From a virus (lineage: Duplodnaviria > Caudoviricetes): a stretch of DNA of 25,112 nt. Position numbers and translations under genes: made by a program. Below the pieces are notes generated by a model. That model was not told where the DNA came from. It saw nothing but the letters and a program-made list of their open reading frames with translations, and searched no databases. Positions 1-8,905 of this stretch are shown in pieces; the stretch's first letter is position 1; every line of letters starts with the position of its first letter. The stretch lies in the IMG/VR virus record IMGVR_UViG_3300011434_000022, positions 1-25,112 of that record, one strand, 5' to 3'.

Positions 1-56
1 CCTGTCGTCGCTTTCTCTCGCAGGATCGCCGGATAAGCCCCTGACCAGGGGAGATA

Positions 57-92
57 CCGGCGAGTTAGTTCTACGTAGAACTAACTCGCCGG
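57..92. repeat. Perfect 36-bp palindrome CCGGCGAGTTAGTTCTAC|GTAGAACTAACTCGCCGG
   Basis: Checked base by base; symmetry centre lies between 74 and 75; core is AT-rich in a GC-rich background. Confidence 0.95.
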
Positions 93-127
93 ATGGTTCG
101 CCGGAGGATGGCCGGGTCGAGCCTTGG

Positions 128-1024
128 TTGGCGTCACCGCTGGTAACGGGATGTGAGTCGTATGGGCCGGCGGTCGCTGAGTGGGCGCGCCGGCATTTCC
201 GGTCCGGGCGGAAGCCGTGGGAGCCGATGCCGTGGCAGGAGATCGCCCTCGACCGCCAGCTATCCCACGTCGATGGTGTGTTGTGTCACAGCGAGGCGTT
301 GACGTCGACGGCTCGGCAGAACGGGAAGTCGACTGGCGGGATGCGGGCGTTGATCGGCTGGTGGCTGACGGAGATGTGCAAGATCCGGGGGGAGCCGCAG
401 AACGTGTTGGCGGTGGCGAACAAGTTGGAGGTGGGGTCGCGGATCATGTTCCGTCCGTTGGTCCCGATCATGGAGAGCATGTATGGGGCGAAGGTGGTGC
501 AGTCGTTCGGCCGGGAGGAGATGACGTTGGAGTGTGGCTGCACGTTGGTGTTGCAGTCCGATACCCCGTCGTGTGGGCACTCGTTGACGAACGACCTGGT
601 CGTGGTCGAGGAGCTGTGGGACATCTCACAGGTGGCCTACGACGACGGGATGGTGCCGACGACGGTGGCGACGTTCTCGCCGTTGGTGTCGTCGTGGTCG
701 ACGGCTGGGACTCAGCGGTCGGTGGTGATGCGTCGCCTGCGGGATGTTGGCATCGCGGCGATGGATGCGGGGGAGCCCGGTTCGGTGTGTTTGTCGTCGT
801 GGGAGTTGCCTCGTGGTGTGGATCCGTGGGATTTTCGGTGGTGGCGGTATGCGAATCCGGCGTTGGGTCGGACGATCACCCTCGAGCGGTTGCGAGGGTT
901 GGCGGTGTCAGCGAAACCGGAGGCGTTTCTGCGTGGCCATCTGAACAGGTGGGTGCCGACGGATAAGCCGTGGTTGCCGATGGGTGCGTTCGACAAGATG
1001 AGGTGGCCTGGTGTCGCGGCCTGA
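128..1024 (+). CDS. terL: Terminase large subunit, N-terminal ATPase part (frame is open from position 2, so the true start may be upstream)
   Basis: PWQ adenine-binding motif, Walker A TARQNGKST, Walker B-like LVVVEELW, STAG coupling motif, WRYANPALG and FLRGHLNRWV. Confidence 0.9.
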   Translation: MASPLVTGCESYGPAVAEWARRHFRSGRKPWEPMPWQEIALDRQLSHVDGVLCHSEALTSTARQNGKSTGGMRALIGWWLTEMCKIRGEPQNVLAVANKLEVGSRIMFRPLVPIMESMYGAKVVQSFGREEMTLECGCTLVLQSDTPSCGHSLTNDLVVVEELWDISQVAYDDGMVPTTVATFSPLVSSWSTAGTQRSVVMRRLRDVGIAAMDAGEPGSVCLSSWELPRGVDPWDFRWWRYANPALGRTITLERLRGLAVSAKPEAFLRGHLNRWVPTDKPWLPMGAFDKMRWPGVAA

Positions 1025-1541
1025 GTCGATGCCGGCCCTTGTTGGCGGTGTGTTGGCGGTGGAGCAGTCGTTGGATGGGGGGACGTTTGTCGGTGTGCGG
1101 GCCGCGCCGCTGGCGGACGGTCGGCTGGGTGTTGAGGTGGCGTTCATGGCTCGAGCGGAGTCGGATGCGTGGGCGCGGGTGGAGGCGATCATGGAGGACA
1201 GGCAGGTGGCGCTCGCTGTCGGCGCGACGTTGCAGTTGCATGTTCCGGTGGCGTTGACGGCTAGGTCGCAGTCGGTGGGGCAGGCTGAGCTCGGGAAGGG
1301 TGCTGGGTTGGTCCGGTCGATGATTTTGGCCGGCAAGGTGGTGCATCGTGGTGAGCAGTTGTTGGCGGAGCATGTGGATCGGTGTGTGCCGGTGACGTTC
1401 CCGTCGGGTGGTCAGGCGCCGTCGCAGTCTCGGTCGCCGGGTCCGATTGAGTTGGCTCGTTGCATGATTTGGGCTGTGGCGTTGGCGTCGAAGCCGCAGG
1501 CTCGGAGGGTGAAACCGCGGATCGTGTCGTCTACGGCGTAA
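1011..1541 (+). CDS. terL: Terminase large subunit, C-terminal nuclease part (separate ORF, +1 frame)
   Basis: GGVLAVEQSLDG first-strand motif and SPGPIELARCMIWA terminal helix resemble RNase H-like TerL nuclease domains. GAGGTG SD at 1000-1005 precedes GTG 1011. Lies directly before the portal. Confidence 0.8.
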   Translation: MSRPESMPALVGGVLAVEQSLDGGTFVGVRAAPLADGRLGVEVAFMARAESDAWARVEAIMEDRQVALAVGATLQLHVPVALTARSQSVGQAELGKGAGLVRSMILAGKVVHRGEQLLAEHVDRCVPVTFPSGGQAPSQSRSPGPIELARCMIWAVALASKPQARRVKPRIVSSTA

Positions 1542-1588
1542 ACCGTTTCGTCGGTTCTTCTATCTCTGTTTCGGAATGGTTGGTAGCG

Positions 1589-1604
1589 GCTGTCAAATGA
1601 CAGC
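1589..1604. promoter_or_regulatory. Inverted repeat GCTGTCA-AA-TGACAGC upstream of portal (operator-like)
   Basis: Perfect 7-bp arms in the only sizeable intergenic gap of the head operon, 24 bp before the portal ATG. Confidence 0.4.
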
Positions 1605-1628
1605 GATGTAGTGCAGTCTTGACCCTGC

Positions 1629-2876
1629 ATGAGGTTGCTGGATCGGATCGTGGACGCTGGGCGTCAGGCGCATATCGCCATGACTGTTCTCCCTGATCCG
1701 GTTGAGGCGTCTTTGGGGACGATGACGGTGCAGCAGTCGTACGCCGCTCGGCGGGGTGACTGTGTCGATGCGTTGTCGAACCTGTATTCCCGTGGGCTCG
1801 CCATGTCGATTCCTACGTTGCGGCGGGCTCGTAACTTGCACTGCTCGCTTGTTGCGAGCCTGCCGCTCACCCTCTGGCAGCGCATGAAGCTCGGCGAGGA
1901 TCCACGCGAGCTCGAGCCGTACTCGTGGATGGAACGTCCCGACCCGGACGCGACGCTGGAACACATTTTGGCGTGGACGACCGATGATCTGCTGTTCCAC
2001 GGTCGGGCCTTCTGGAAGGTGACGGGCCGGTACCCGGCGCAGGGTGGGCTCGGGTTTCCGGCTTCGTTCAAGCGGATGCCGAAGGATGAAGTGACCGTCG
2101 GTCGGGACGGTGTTGTCCGGTGGAAGGGTGTTGAGGTCGCCCCGGCGGATGTGATCCCGTTTGTCGGGATCACTGACGGTGTGTTGTGCGACGGTGGTCG
2201 GGCGATCACTACGGCGCTCCAGTTGGAGGAGGCGGCTGAGCGGTACGCCGACGTGGACATACCAGCCGGGTTCTTGGCGCAAACCGGCGGTGAGCCGCTC
2301 ACCGATGATGAGGCGCTCGACTTGGTGAACAAGTGGCAGGCGGCTCGCCGGCAGCGGACAACGGCGTATGTGCCGGAGAACGTCGAGTTTCACGAGTCAG
2401 CGTCGAACCCGGAACGGTTGCAGCTCGTCGAGGCCCGCCAGCACAGCGCGCTGGAGATGGCCCGGTTGATGGATACGCCGCCGTGGACGGTGGGCGCCCC
2501 ATCGAACAACTCGCTGACCTACACGAACGGGCAGCAGTCCCGGGCGGACCTGATCGATTTCGGCACCCGCCAGTTCATCGACGTGATCGAAGCGACGTTG
2601 TCCGGTCCGAACGTGACGCCTCGCGGTGAGTACATCCGACTCGACCTCACTGAGTGGCTGCGTAACCCGTTCAACGAGGGGACCGCGTCGGGCGGGTCGC
2701 AGAACCGGAGCGGCGCCGCGCAGGCTGAGGCGTCGAGCCCGCGGGAGATCGCTGAGCTCATCCAGAAGATTTACCTCGGTGTCGGCAAGGTGCTCTCCGC
2801 TGACGAGGCGAGGGACATTGCTAACCGTGCGGGCGCTGGCCTGTCCGGCGGCTTCAACCCGGAGGGTGCAGCGTGA
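1629..2876 (+). CDS. Portal protein (HK97-like)
   Basis: AMSIPTLRRARNL..VASLPL, DDLLFHGRAFW, LQLVEARQHSALEMARL, SLTYTN motifs; position after terminase. Confidence 0.92.
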   Translation: MRLLDRIVDAGRQAHIAMTVLPDPVEASLGTMTVQQSYAARRGDCVDALSNLYSRGLAMSIPTLRRARNLHCSLVASLPLTLWQRMKLGEDPRELEPYSWMERPDPDATLEHILAWTTDDLLFHGRAFWKVTGRYPAQGGLGFPASFKRMPKDEVTVGRDGVVRWKGVEVAPADVIPFVGITDGVLCDGGRAITTALQLEEAAERYADVDIPAGFLAQTGGEPLTDDEALDLVNKWQAARRQRTTAYVPENVEFHESASNPERLQLVEARQHSALEMARLMDTPPWTVGAPSNNSLTYTNGQQSRADLIDFGTRQFIDVIEATLSGPNVTPRGEYIRLDLTEWLRNPFNEGTASGGSQNRSGAAQAEASSPREIAELIQKIYLGVGKVLSADEARDIANRAGAGLSGGFNPEGAA

Positions 2877-4537
2877 CCGAGATGATTAGGGCAGCAGTGC
2901 GCGGCGTGAAGATCGTGGAGGCTGCCGAAGGTGGTGACGCCGGCGATGGTCCCGCCCGTACCGTCGCCGGCGTCGCCGTCCAGTACGGCGTCACGGGACG
3001 TGTGTCGAACGGGTGGCTTGTCCGGTTCGAGGCTGGGTCGCTGGGCGATCCTGACTCGGTGAAGTTGTACCGCGACCATGAGTACCCGATCGGGATTGTC
3101 GCCTCATGGGAGGACGACGAGGACAGCCGGTCGATCGTCGGGAAGATCAGCCGGTTTCCCCGTGGCGATGAGGCGCTCGCTCTCGCCGCGGACGGTGTCC
3201 TCGATTCGTTCTCCGTCGGTGTGCAACCGCTCGAGTACACGTTCGAAGCGTCCGACGAGCATCACGGCGAAGAAGTGCTCGTCGTCCACAAAGGGTTGTG
3301 GGCGGAGACGTCGTTGCTTCCGTTCGGAGCGTTCCCCGGGGCGAAGGTCACGAAGGTGGCCGCGTCCGCTGTTCTCACTCACCCATCCAACATCAAGGAG
3401 GCCCCAGTGGCTGATACCCCCGTGGTCGAGGCCGCTGAGGCCCCGCCCGTCACCGTTGTCCCGATGACCGACCCTGCGCTCCCGCAGATCGCGGCGTCGC
3501 TCGAGAAGCTCACCGAGCTGGCGAACCGCACCTACGAGCAGCCCGCCACCGTCCCGGCTGGTATGCCCACCCCGGACGCTGATCCGTTCCTCAACGCCGG
3601 TGAGTACACCTTCTACTTCCTGCGAGCGAAGAACGGCGACAAGGCCGCGATCCAGCGGATCCAGGCTGCCATGCCGAAGCTCGACATCGAAGCGGCGTTG
3701 ACCACGGTTGGTACGACGACCCATTCGGGGATCGTTCCGCCGGCGTACACCACCGAGATCCTCGGCAATCTTCCCGTGTGGACCCCTGCTCTCGATGGGA
3801 TGGTCCGCCACGCTGCACTCCCCGAGAAGGGCATGTCGATCATCAAGCCGCGGTGGACCGACCTGCCGGAAGGCGACTGGTACCCGACGGAGAACGCCGA
3901 GCCGGCCACCGACGCCACCGCGATTGGCACCGAAACGGTGTCGGTCCTCGCGTGGGCGCACGCCATCCGCGCTTCGATCGCGCTAATCGAACGGTCCTCG
4001 TTCGGCGGGTACGCACAGGCGTACTTTGATGCGGTCGGCATGTCGTACCTGTCCGACAAGGAGAAGCTCGTGGTTGACACGATCTTCTCCGAGGCGACTG
4101 CCTCCGTGAGTTTCACGCCGAACACGACGACCCCGCTCGTGTCGATCGGTGAGCTCCTCGAGGATCTCGTTGACAACCAGTCGGACGTCAACGGCAACTT
4201 CCGCGGTTTTCGCCCCGACTACGTTGGTGTGTCGGCCAACGAGTTCGCGCAGCTCATGCGGACCGAAGGGGTGTTCCAGTGGGCGCAGGGTTCGCTGCTC
4301 ATCCCCTCGCTCGAAGGGGCACTCTCCGGTTTGCAGATCGTGCTGCTGCCGACCCGCCCTCCTGGCGACTACGTCATGGGTGCCCGCGCTGCGACACTCG
4401 TGTACGACCAGGCGAACGAGACGGAGCTTCGGGCGGAGATCCCCTCGACGATGAGCATCGAGCTTGGCGTCATGTTCTTCACCGCCGTGGACGTCGAGTA
4501 CCCGGACGCCATCGTCAAGGCCACCTTCGGTTCCTGA
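2873..4537 (+). CDS. Prohead protease - major capsid protein fusion
   Basis: N-terminal HK97-type protease (LYRDH, DGVLDSFSVG, ETSLLPFGAF), then Pro/Ala-rich linker and HK97-fold capsid (GIVPP..., YPDAIVK). Confidence 0.88.
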   Translation: MTEMIRAAVRGVKIVEAAEGGDAGDGPARTVAGVAVQYGVTGRVSNGWLVRFEAGSLGDPDSVKLYRDHEYPIGIVASWEDDEDSRSIVGKISRFPRGDEALALAADGVLDSFSVGVQPLEYTFEASDEHHGEEVLVVHKGLWAETSLLPFGAFPGAKVTKVAASAVLTHPSNIKEAPVADTPVVEAAEAPPVTVVPMTDPALPQIAASLEKLTELANRTYEQPATVPAGMPTPDADPFLNAGEYTFYFLRAKNGDKAAIQRIQAAMPKLDIEAALTTVGTTTHSGIVPPAYTTEILGNLPVWTPALDGMVRHAALPEKGMSIIKPRWTDLPEGDWYPTENAEPATDATAIGTETVSVLAWAHAIRASIALIERSSFGGYAQAYFDAVGMSYLSDKEKLVVDTIFSEATASVSFTPNTTTPLVSIGELLEDLVDNQSDVNGNFRGFRPDYVGVSANEFAQLMRTEGVFQWAQGSLLIPSLEGALSGLQIVLLPTRPPGDYVMGARAATLVYDQANETELRAEIPSTMSIELGVMFFTAVDVEYPDAIVKATFGS

Positions 4538-4540
4538 CCG

Positions 4541-4882
4541 ATGACCGTCACTTGGGCGACCACAGATCAGGTCATCGAGTTCCTCGGCGCTGACACCGTC
4601 GAGGTCGATGATCCGTGGCTCGTCCAGGCGACCGCGGCAGCGAACCAGTGGTGTTTCGATCAGCGTGTCGCCGCCGGCTACTCCGATGGGGAGTCGGTGG
4701 CGCCGCACGCCGGGTGCGTGTCAGCGGTCGTGGAGTATGCCGCGATGGAGTTCCGGCGGCGAGGCGCGATCGATGGGTTCGCAGGCGACGCTGACCTTGG
4801 CGGGTTTACCCCGTCGCAAGGGCTCACCGTGTCCGCTGTGAAACGGCTTCTCGGTGTGCCTAAGCCGATGGCTGTCGCATGA
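4541..4882 (+). CDS. Head-tail adaptor (gp6/gp15-like)
   Basis: 113 aa directly after capsid; AANQWCF..R, YAAMEFRRRG and VKRLLGVPKP pattern typical of actinophage adaptors. Confidence 0.75.
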   Translation: MTVTWATTDQVIEFLGADTVEVDDPWLVQATAAANQWCFDQRVAAGYSDGESVAPHAGCVSAVVEYAAMEFRRRGAIDGFAGDADLGGFTPSQGLTVSAVKRLLGVPKPMAVA

Positions 4883-5283
4883 CGACCGACATTTCACTTG
4901 AGGCTGACGAGGCGCTCGGCTCGCTCCGCGTTGATCTCATCGCCAAGATCGAAGCTGGTACGACCGGGTTGAAGGTGACCGCCGATCCGGGGCAGATCAA
5001 CCCGCCGTGCTGTCTTGTTGGTGTCCCATCGATCGAGCAGCTCGCTCGGCTTGCCGGTACACGGTGGGCTGTCGAGGTGATCATCCCGGTCACGTTGTTC
5101 GCCCCTCCGCCGGCGTCGCCTTCGTCGATCAGTTGGCTTCTGCGGTATCTGCTGCCCGTGATGCGGATCGTCGGCGCTACGGAAGCCGCACCGTCGTTCT
5201 TCGACAACCTCGGCAACCCCACCATCCCCTCATATCCACTATCGGTGCGTAAGCGCCTTTCGATCCTGGAGGACGGATCATGA
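4879..5283 (+). CDS. Probable tail terminator / tail completion protein
   Basis: DPGQINPPCCLVGVP motif, C-terminal IPSYPL, position before the tail tube gene; ATGA coupling. Confidence 0.6.
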   Translation: MTTDISLEADEALGSLRVDLIAKIEAGTTGLKVTADPGQINPPCCLVGVPSIEQLARLAGTRWAVEVIIPVTLFAPPPASPSSISWLLRYLLPVMRIVGATEAAPSFFDNLGNPTIPSYPLSVRKRLSILEDGS

Positions 5284-5702
5284 CCACCACAGTGCAGGAC
5301 ACCGCACCTGTTTTCTCCAACGTCATCGTCACGTTCGACGGGGTTGACGTTGGTGCGTCGATCACCGCCGCGACGATCGAAACGGACCAGCCCATCTTGG
5401 AGCTGCGGACCTTGTCCGGGGTTCGCAAGTCGGCCGGTCGGGCCAGCAAGAACCTGGTGCTCGAAGGCGCTCAGGACTGGCATGAGGTGCAAAACCTCAC
5501 CGAGTTCCTGCGTGCCAACTCGCAGACGGATGCGACGCTGGTCATGACGTGGACCGGTGCGAACGGTGAGACGTCGGCTCGGACGATGACCGTCACGTGC
5601 ATCGAGCCTCAGTGGGGTGGTACAGCGGATGAGATCGCCGCGTTCTCCGTGACTCTGCCGATTACGGGTGTGGTCACGGTGACTGACTCCGTCGGCTCGT
5701 AA
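5280..5702 (+). CDS. Major tail (tube) protein
   Basis: 140-aa beta-rich protein with QDW and C-terminal GGTADEIAAFSVTLPITG, as in short actinophage tail tube proteins. Confidence 0.7.
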   Translation: MTTTVQDTAPVFSNVIVTFDGVDVGASITAATIETDQPILELRTLSGVRKSAGRASKNLVLEGAQDWHEVQNLTEFLRANSQTDATLVMTWTGANGETSARTMTVTCIEPQWGGTADEIAAFSVTLPITGVVTVTDSVGS

Positions 5703-5706
5703 GGCG

Positions 5707-6267
5707 GTGGCCACGTCAAAGACGGCGGCAGGGTTCGCTGGGCGGATCACCCGTCTGGCGAAGGTGGTGGCCGAAGCGCCTGAGAAGGCTATTCGTGAGG
5801 GTGCCGAGGAAGCGAAGCGGTCTGTCGACTCCCGAATCAAGGCGGCGGTCGGTGGTGACATGACGATTTCGGGAGCGAAGGCGAAGATCGGGTCACGGGT
5901 GACGATGGTCGGCGGTGGCGCTACGCCGGGTGCGCTTGTCGCGGCGACAGGTCGGGCGTTCGGCTGGGTCGAGTTCGGCACCCATCCGCACATCATCACG
6001 TCGAAGCGTGGCGGTCGTTCCAAGCGTCGTCGTCAAGCATCGGTCGCAGGGGCGGCACTCGTGTCGGCTCTCACCGGTCAAACCGTCACGTCTGGCGTGT
6101 CGGCGCCAATCAGGATCCCCGGAGCGGCGCGTGGATGGCGGCAGTACGCCATCCACAAGGGAAGCAAGGGCAAGGAACCGTTCCAGGACGGTATCCAACG
6201 GTCGGAGGCGAAAGTGGTGCAGTTGGTGCGGCGCGAGGTGTTCGGTGCTGTGAGGCGTGCGGCATGA
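5707..6267 (+). CDS. HK97 gp10-like neck/tail-component protein
   Basis: Basic protein with WVEFGTHPHII and HKGSKGKEPF motifs. Confidence 0.7.
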   Translation: MATSKTAAGFAGRITRLAKVVAEAPEKAIREGAEEAKRSVDSRIKAAVGGDMTISGAKAKIGSRVTMVGGGATPGALVAATGRAFGWVEFGTHPHIITSKRGGRSKRRRQASVAGAALVSALTGQTVTSGVSAPIRIPGAARGWRQYAIHKGSKGKEPFQDGIQRSEAKVVQLVRREVFGAVRRAA

Positions 6268-6539
6268 CGCCGTGGCAGATCACCTACAACGATCACACGT
6301 GGACCGATGAGGACGTCGCATTGGCACATGTCGCGGTCGTGTCGACGCTCCTGGGGGGCGACTCGTGGGAGGACGCTGAGCCGTGGGGCGGTCCTCAACG
6401 TCTCGGCGCGTGGATCACGGTCCTCGAGTCGGCGGCGACCGGTCGACCGATGGAAGACGTCATGGTTGAGGTGCAACGGTTGTCACTCGTCGCGCTTGCC
6501 GGGATGTTGACGCGGCGAGAGGTCGTGAGGGTCGCCTGA
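6264..6539 (+). CDS. Probable tail assembly chaperone (91 aa, MTPWQITYND...)
   Basis: ATGA-coupled to the previous gene, stop overlaps the TMP start; assignment is by position only. Confidence 0.5.
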   Translation: MTPWQITYNDHTWTDEDVALAHVAVVSTLLGGDSWEDAEPWGGPQRLGAWITVLESAATGRPMEDVMVEVQRLSLVALAGMLTRREVVRVA

Positions 6540-8905
6540 TGGCTCTCGGGTTGGGTGCGTCGGAGAAGCTCCAGTTTTTGATCACGGCTGACGCCGATCA
6601 GGCTGTCAAAGCTTTCAAGGCGACCGGTGCCGCAGCGGAGAAGGAACTAGGAGCAGCCGAAAAGCGGATCGACAAGGTTGGTCGACAGCTCACCGTGTTC
6701 GGTGCTGGTGCGCTCGCCGCGGCCGGCATTGCGGCGAAGGGGCTGTCGATCCTCGGGAACGCTGCCGGTGACCTCAACGAGACGCTCGCCGCTACCGACG
6801 TCATCTTTGGTGACGCATCCGATTCGGTCGAGAAGTTCGCCCGTAACGCCGCGAAGAATCTTGGACTGTCGACGAAGGCCGCGGCGGAGGGTGCCAATAC
6901 GTTCGGGACGTTCGGCAAGTCGGCGGGGCTCGCCGGTGAGGATCTGGCCGGTTTCTCAACGGAGATGGTCACGCTCGCCGGTGACCTCGCTTCGTTCAAG
7001 AACACGTCGCCGGAGGAGGCCATCCTCGCGATCGGTGCGGCTCTGCGTGGCGAGTCGGAACCGATCCGCCAGTACGGCGTTCTCCTCGATGACGCCACGT
7101 TGAAGCAGCGGGCGATGACGCTCGGCATCTATGAGGGCACCGCTGCGTTGACCCCGCAGCAGAAGGTGCTCGCCGCTCAAGCCGAGATTCTCGCTCAGAC
7201 CTCGGACGCTCAGGGTGATTTTGCTCGTACGTCGGATTCGCTCGCGAATCAGCAGCGCATCTTGTCAGCCGAGCTGGACAACTTGAAGTCGTCGCTCGGG
7301 CAGGGTGTCCTGCCGGTCATGCAAAAGTTGACCGGGTTCGCGACGAGTGCCGCCGGTGCGTTCAACAGTTTGAGCCCGGCTGTGCAAGGTCAGATCGGCT
7401 CGTTCGCCGCGTACGCCACTGCCGCGATTGGTGTTGTCGGTGCGTTGTCGCTCATAGCGGGGCAGGCCATCAAGTTGAGGGACAGGTTCACGGTCATGGG
7501 TGACGACGGTGAACGGTCGTTGACGAAGATCGGGAAGGCAGCCAAGGCGGCTGGTATCGGGTTCGCAGCGTTCGCCGCTCTCGACATCAGCGTGGATGTC
7601 ATCAACAGCCTGACGGGTGCGACGGACAAGCTGACTCGAGCGCTCGAGGATTTGCAGTCCGCTAAGGGTGACGAAGCGATGCGAAAGTTCCTCGAACTGC
7701 TCGCGTCGTCGTCCGTGTCGAACGCTCAGGGTGCGCTCGGCAAGGTGTCCGTCAACATCGAGGATTTCAACGATCTGCTGCGCGAGTCGCCTGCCGCCGG
7801 TAAGAACTTCATCGAGCAGTTGGAGCAGATGACGGCGACGACACCGGAGCTCGCTGGCACGGTCGCCGCGTTGCGCGCCGAGTACGAGGCTTACGTGAAG
7901 ACGGCAGCGACGATCGCTGACAAGCAGTCCGAGGTGAACGCCGAGATTGAAGGGGCTCGTTCGTCGACAGAGGGACTCGTCGGGCCGACCGATGAACTGG
8001 CAGAAGCGCAGCAGACGTCTGCTGACGCCGCCAAGGAGCAGGCTGAGGCGCTTGAGCTGGTCAACGAAGCAGCGCAGACGATGCTCGACGCCTTTCTCAC
8101 TCTGCCCGACGCGATCGACGAGCATGCTGAGGCGTTAGCTGAGCTCGTCGATGTAAACGTTCAGTTCAACAAGGAACCGACCGCGGAGAACTTAGCGAAG
8201 GTCGAGGGGGCAGCGAAGAAGCTTGCCGCGGCAGACACCGCTTTAGCGAGGGCGACGGCCGAGTCCAACGGCAGCATGTTTACGCAGAAGGATGCCCTCG
8301 ACGCCACGAACTCATCGCTGCTCAAGCAGGCGGCGAACATGCAGGGTCCCGCTAAGCAGGCGATCTTTGATCGGATCGCGGCGCTCAACGGGATTCCTGA
8401 CACTGTGATCTCTGAGATCAAGGCGCTTCTCGATGCTGGCGACATCGCTGGGGCTGAAGCCAGGCTCAACTCCACCAGTCGTTCGCGTGACGCGGCGATC
8501 CGGGCGGAGGCCACGAACGTCGGCTACACCGAGCAGCAGCTAGCGAACCTGGCTCGTAACCGGCGGGCTATCATCCATGTTGTTGCCAGCCCGGGTGGCA
8601 CGGGCGGGCTGACGGGTGGCGGTGCGGCGCAGGGAGGCGTACAGCGGTTCGCTCAAGGCGGAGTCGCGCTCGTCGGTGAGCGTGGCCCGGAGCTCGTCGG
8701 TCTTCCCGACGGCGCGCACGTCATGTCGGCCGAGACGATCAAGAACGTGGTCGGCAAAGACGTCGCTCGTGAGGTGCGACATCAAGTGGCGATCAACCTT
8801 GGGCAGTTGCCGCGGCGGCATGACCGGCGTGCTCAGGATCACATCATGGCGAACATCCGGCGGTACGTCCGCAGTAACGGCCAGCAGATTTCAGGCCGGT
8901 ACTGA
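6539..8905 (+). CDS. Tape measure protein
   Basis: 788 aa, Ala/Gly-rich helical; DLASFKNTSPEEAI..ALRGESEPIRQYG, QGDFARTSDSLANQQR and C-terminal LVGERGPEL motifs. Confidence 0.92.
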   Translation: MALGLGASEKLQFLITADADQAVKAFKATGAAAEKELGAAEKRIDKVGRQLTVFGAGALAAAGIAAKGLSILGNAAGDLNETLAATDVIFGDASDSVEKFARNAAKNLGLSTKAAAEGANTFGTFGKSAGLAGEDLAGFSTEMVTLAGDLASFKNTSPEEAILAIGAALRGESEPIRQYGVLLDDATLKQRAMTLGIYEGTAALTPQQKVLAAQAEILAQTSDAQGDFARTSDSLANQQRILSAELDNLKSSLGQGVLPVMQKLTGFATSAAGAFNSLSPAVQGQIGSFAAYATAAIGVVGALSLIAGQAIKLRDRFTVMGDDGERSLTKIGKAAKAAGIGFAAFAALDISVDVINSLTGATDKLTRALEDLQSAKGDEAMRKFLELLASSSVSNAQGALGKVSVNIEDFNDLLRESPAAGKNFIEQLEQMTATTPELAGTVAALRAEYEAYVKTAATIADKQSEVNAEIEGARSSTEGLVGPTDELAEAQQTSADAAKEQAEALELVNEAAQTMLDAFLTLPDAIDEHAEALAELVDVNVQFNKEPTAENLAKVEGAAKKLAAADTALARATAESNGSMFTQKDALDATNSSLLKQAANMQGPAKQAIFDRIAALNGIPDTVISEIKALLDAGDIAGAEARLNSTSRSRDAAIRAEATNVGYTEQQLANLARNRRAIIHVVASPGGTGGLTGGGAAQGGVQRFAQGGVALVGERGPELVGLPDGAHVMSAETIKNVVGKDVAREVRHQVAINLGQLPRRHDRRAQDHIMANIRRYVRSNGQQISGRY

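Noticed and set aside
57-92. Palindrome as an N15-like telRL hairpin-telomere site
   Set aside because: No protelomerase in the window; the only tyrosine recombinase is a short Xer-like integrase about 19 kb away.
6351-6360. G6 run as a tail-chaperone programmed frameshift
   Set aside because: Not a canonical XXXYYYZ site, and the alternative frame (ORF ending 6510) does not give a longer product reaching the TMP.
1593-8842. Long minus-strand ORFs over head and tail genes (e.g. 4860..6023, 3104..3961, 7265..8125)
   Set aside because: Antisense shadows typical of high-GC coding DNA, with no motifs or SDs.
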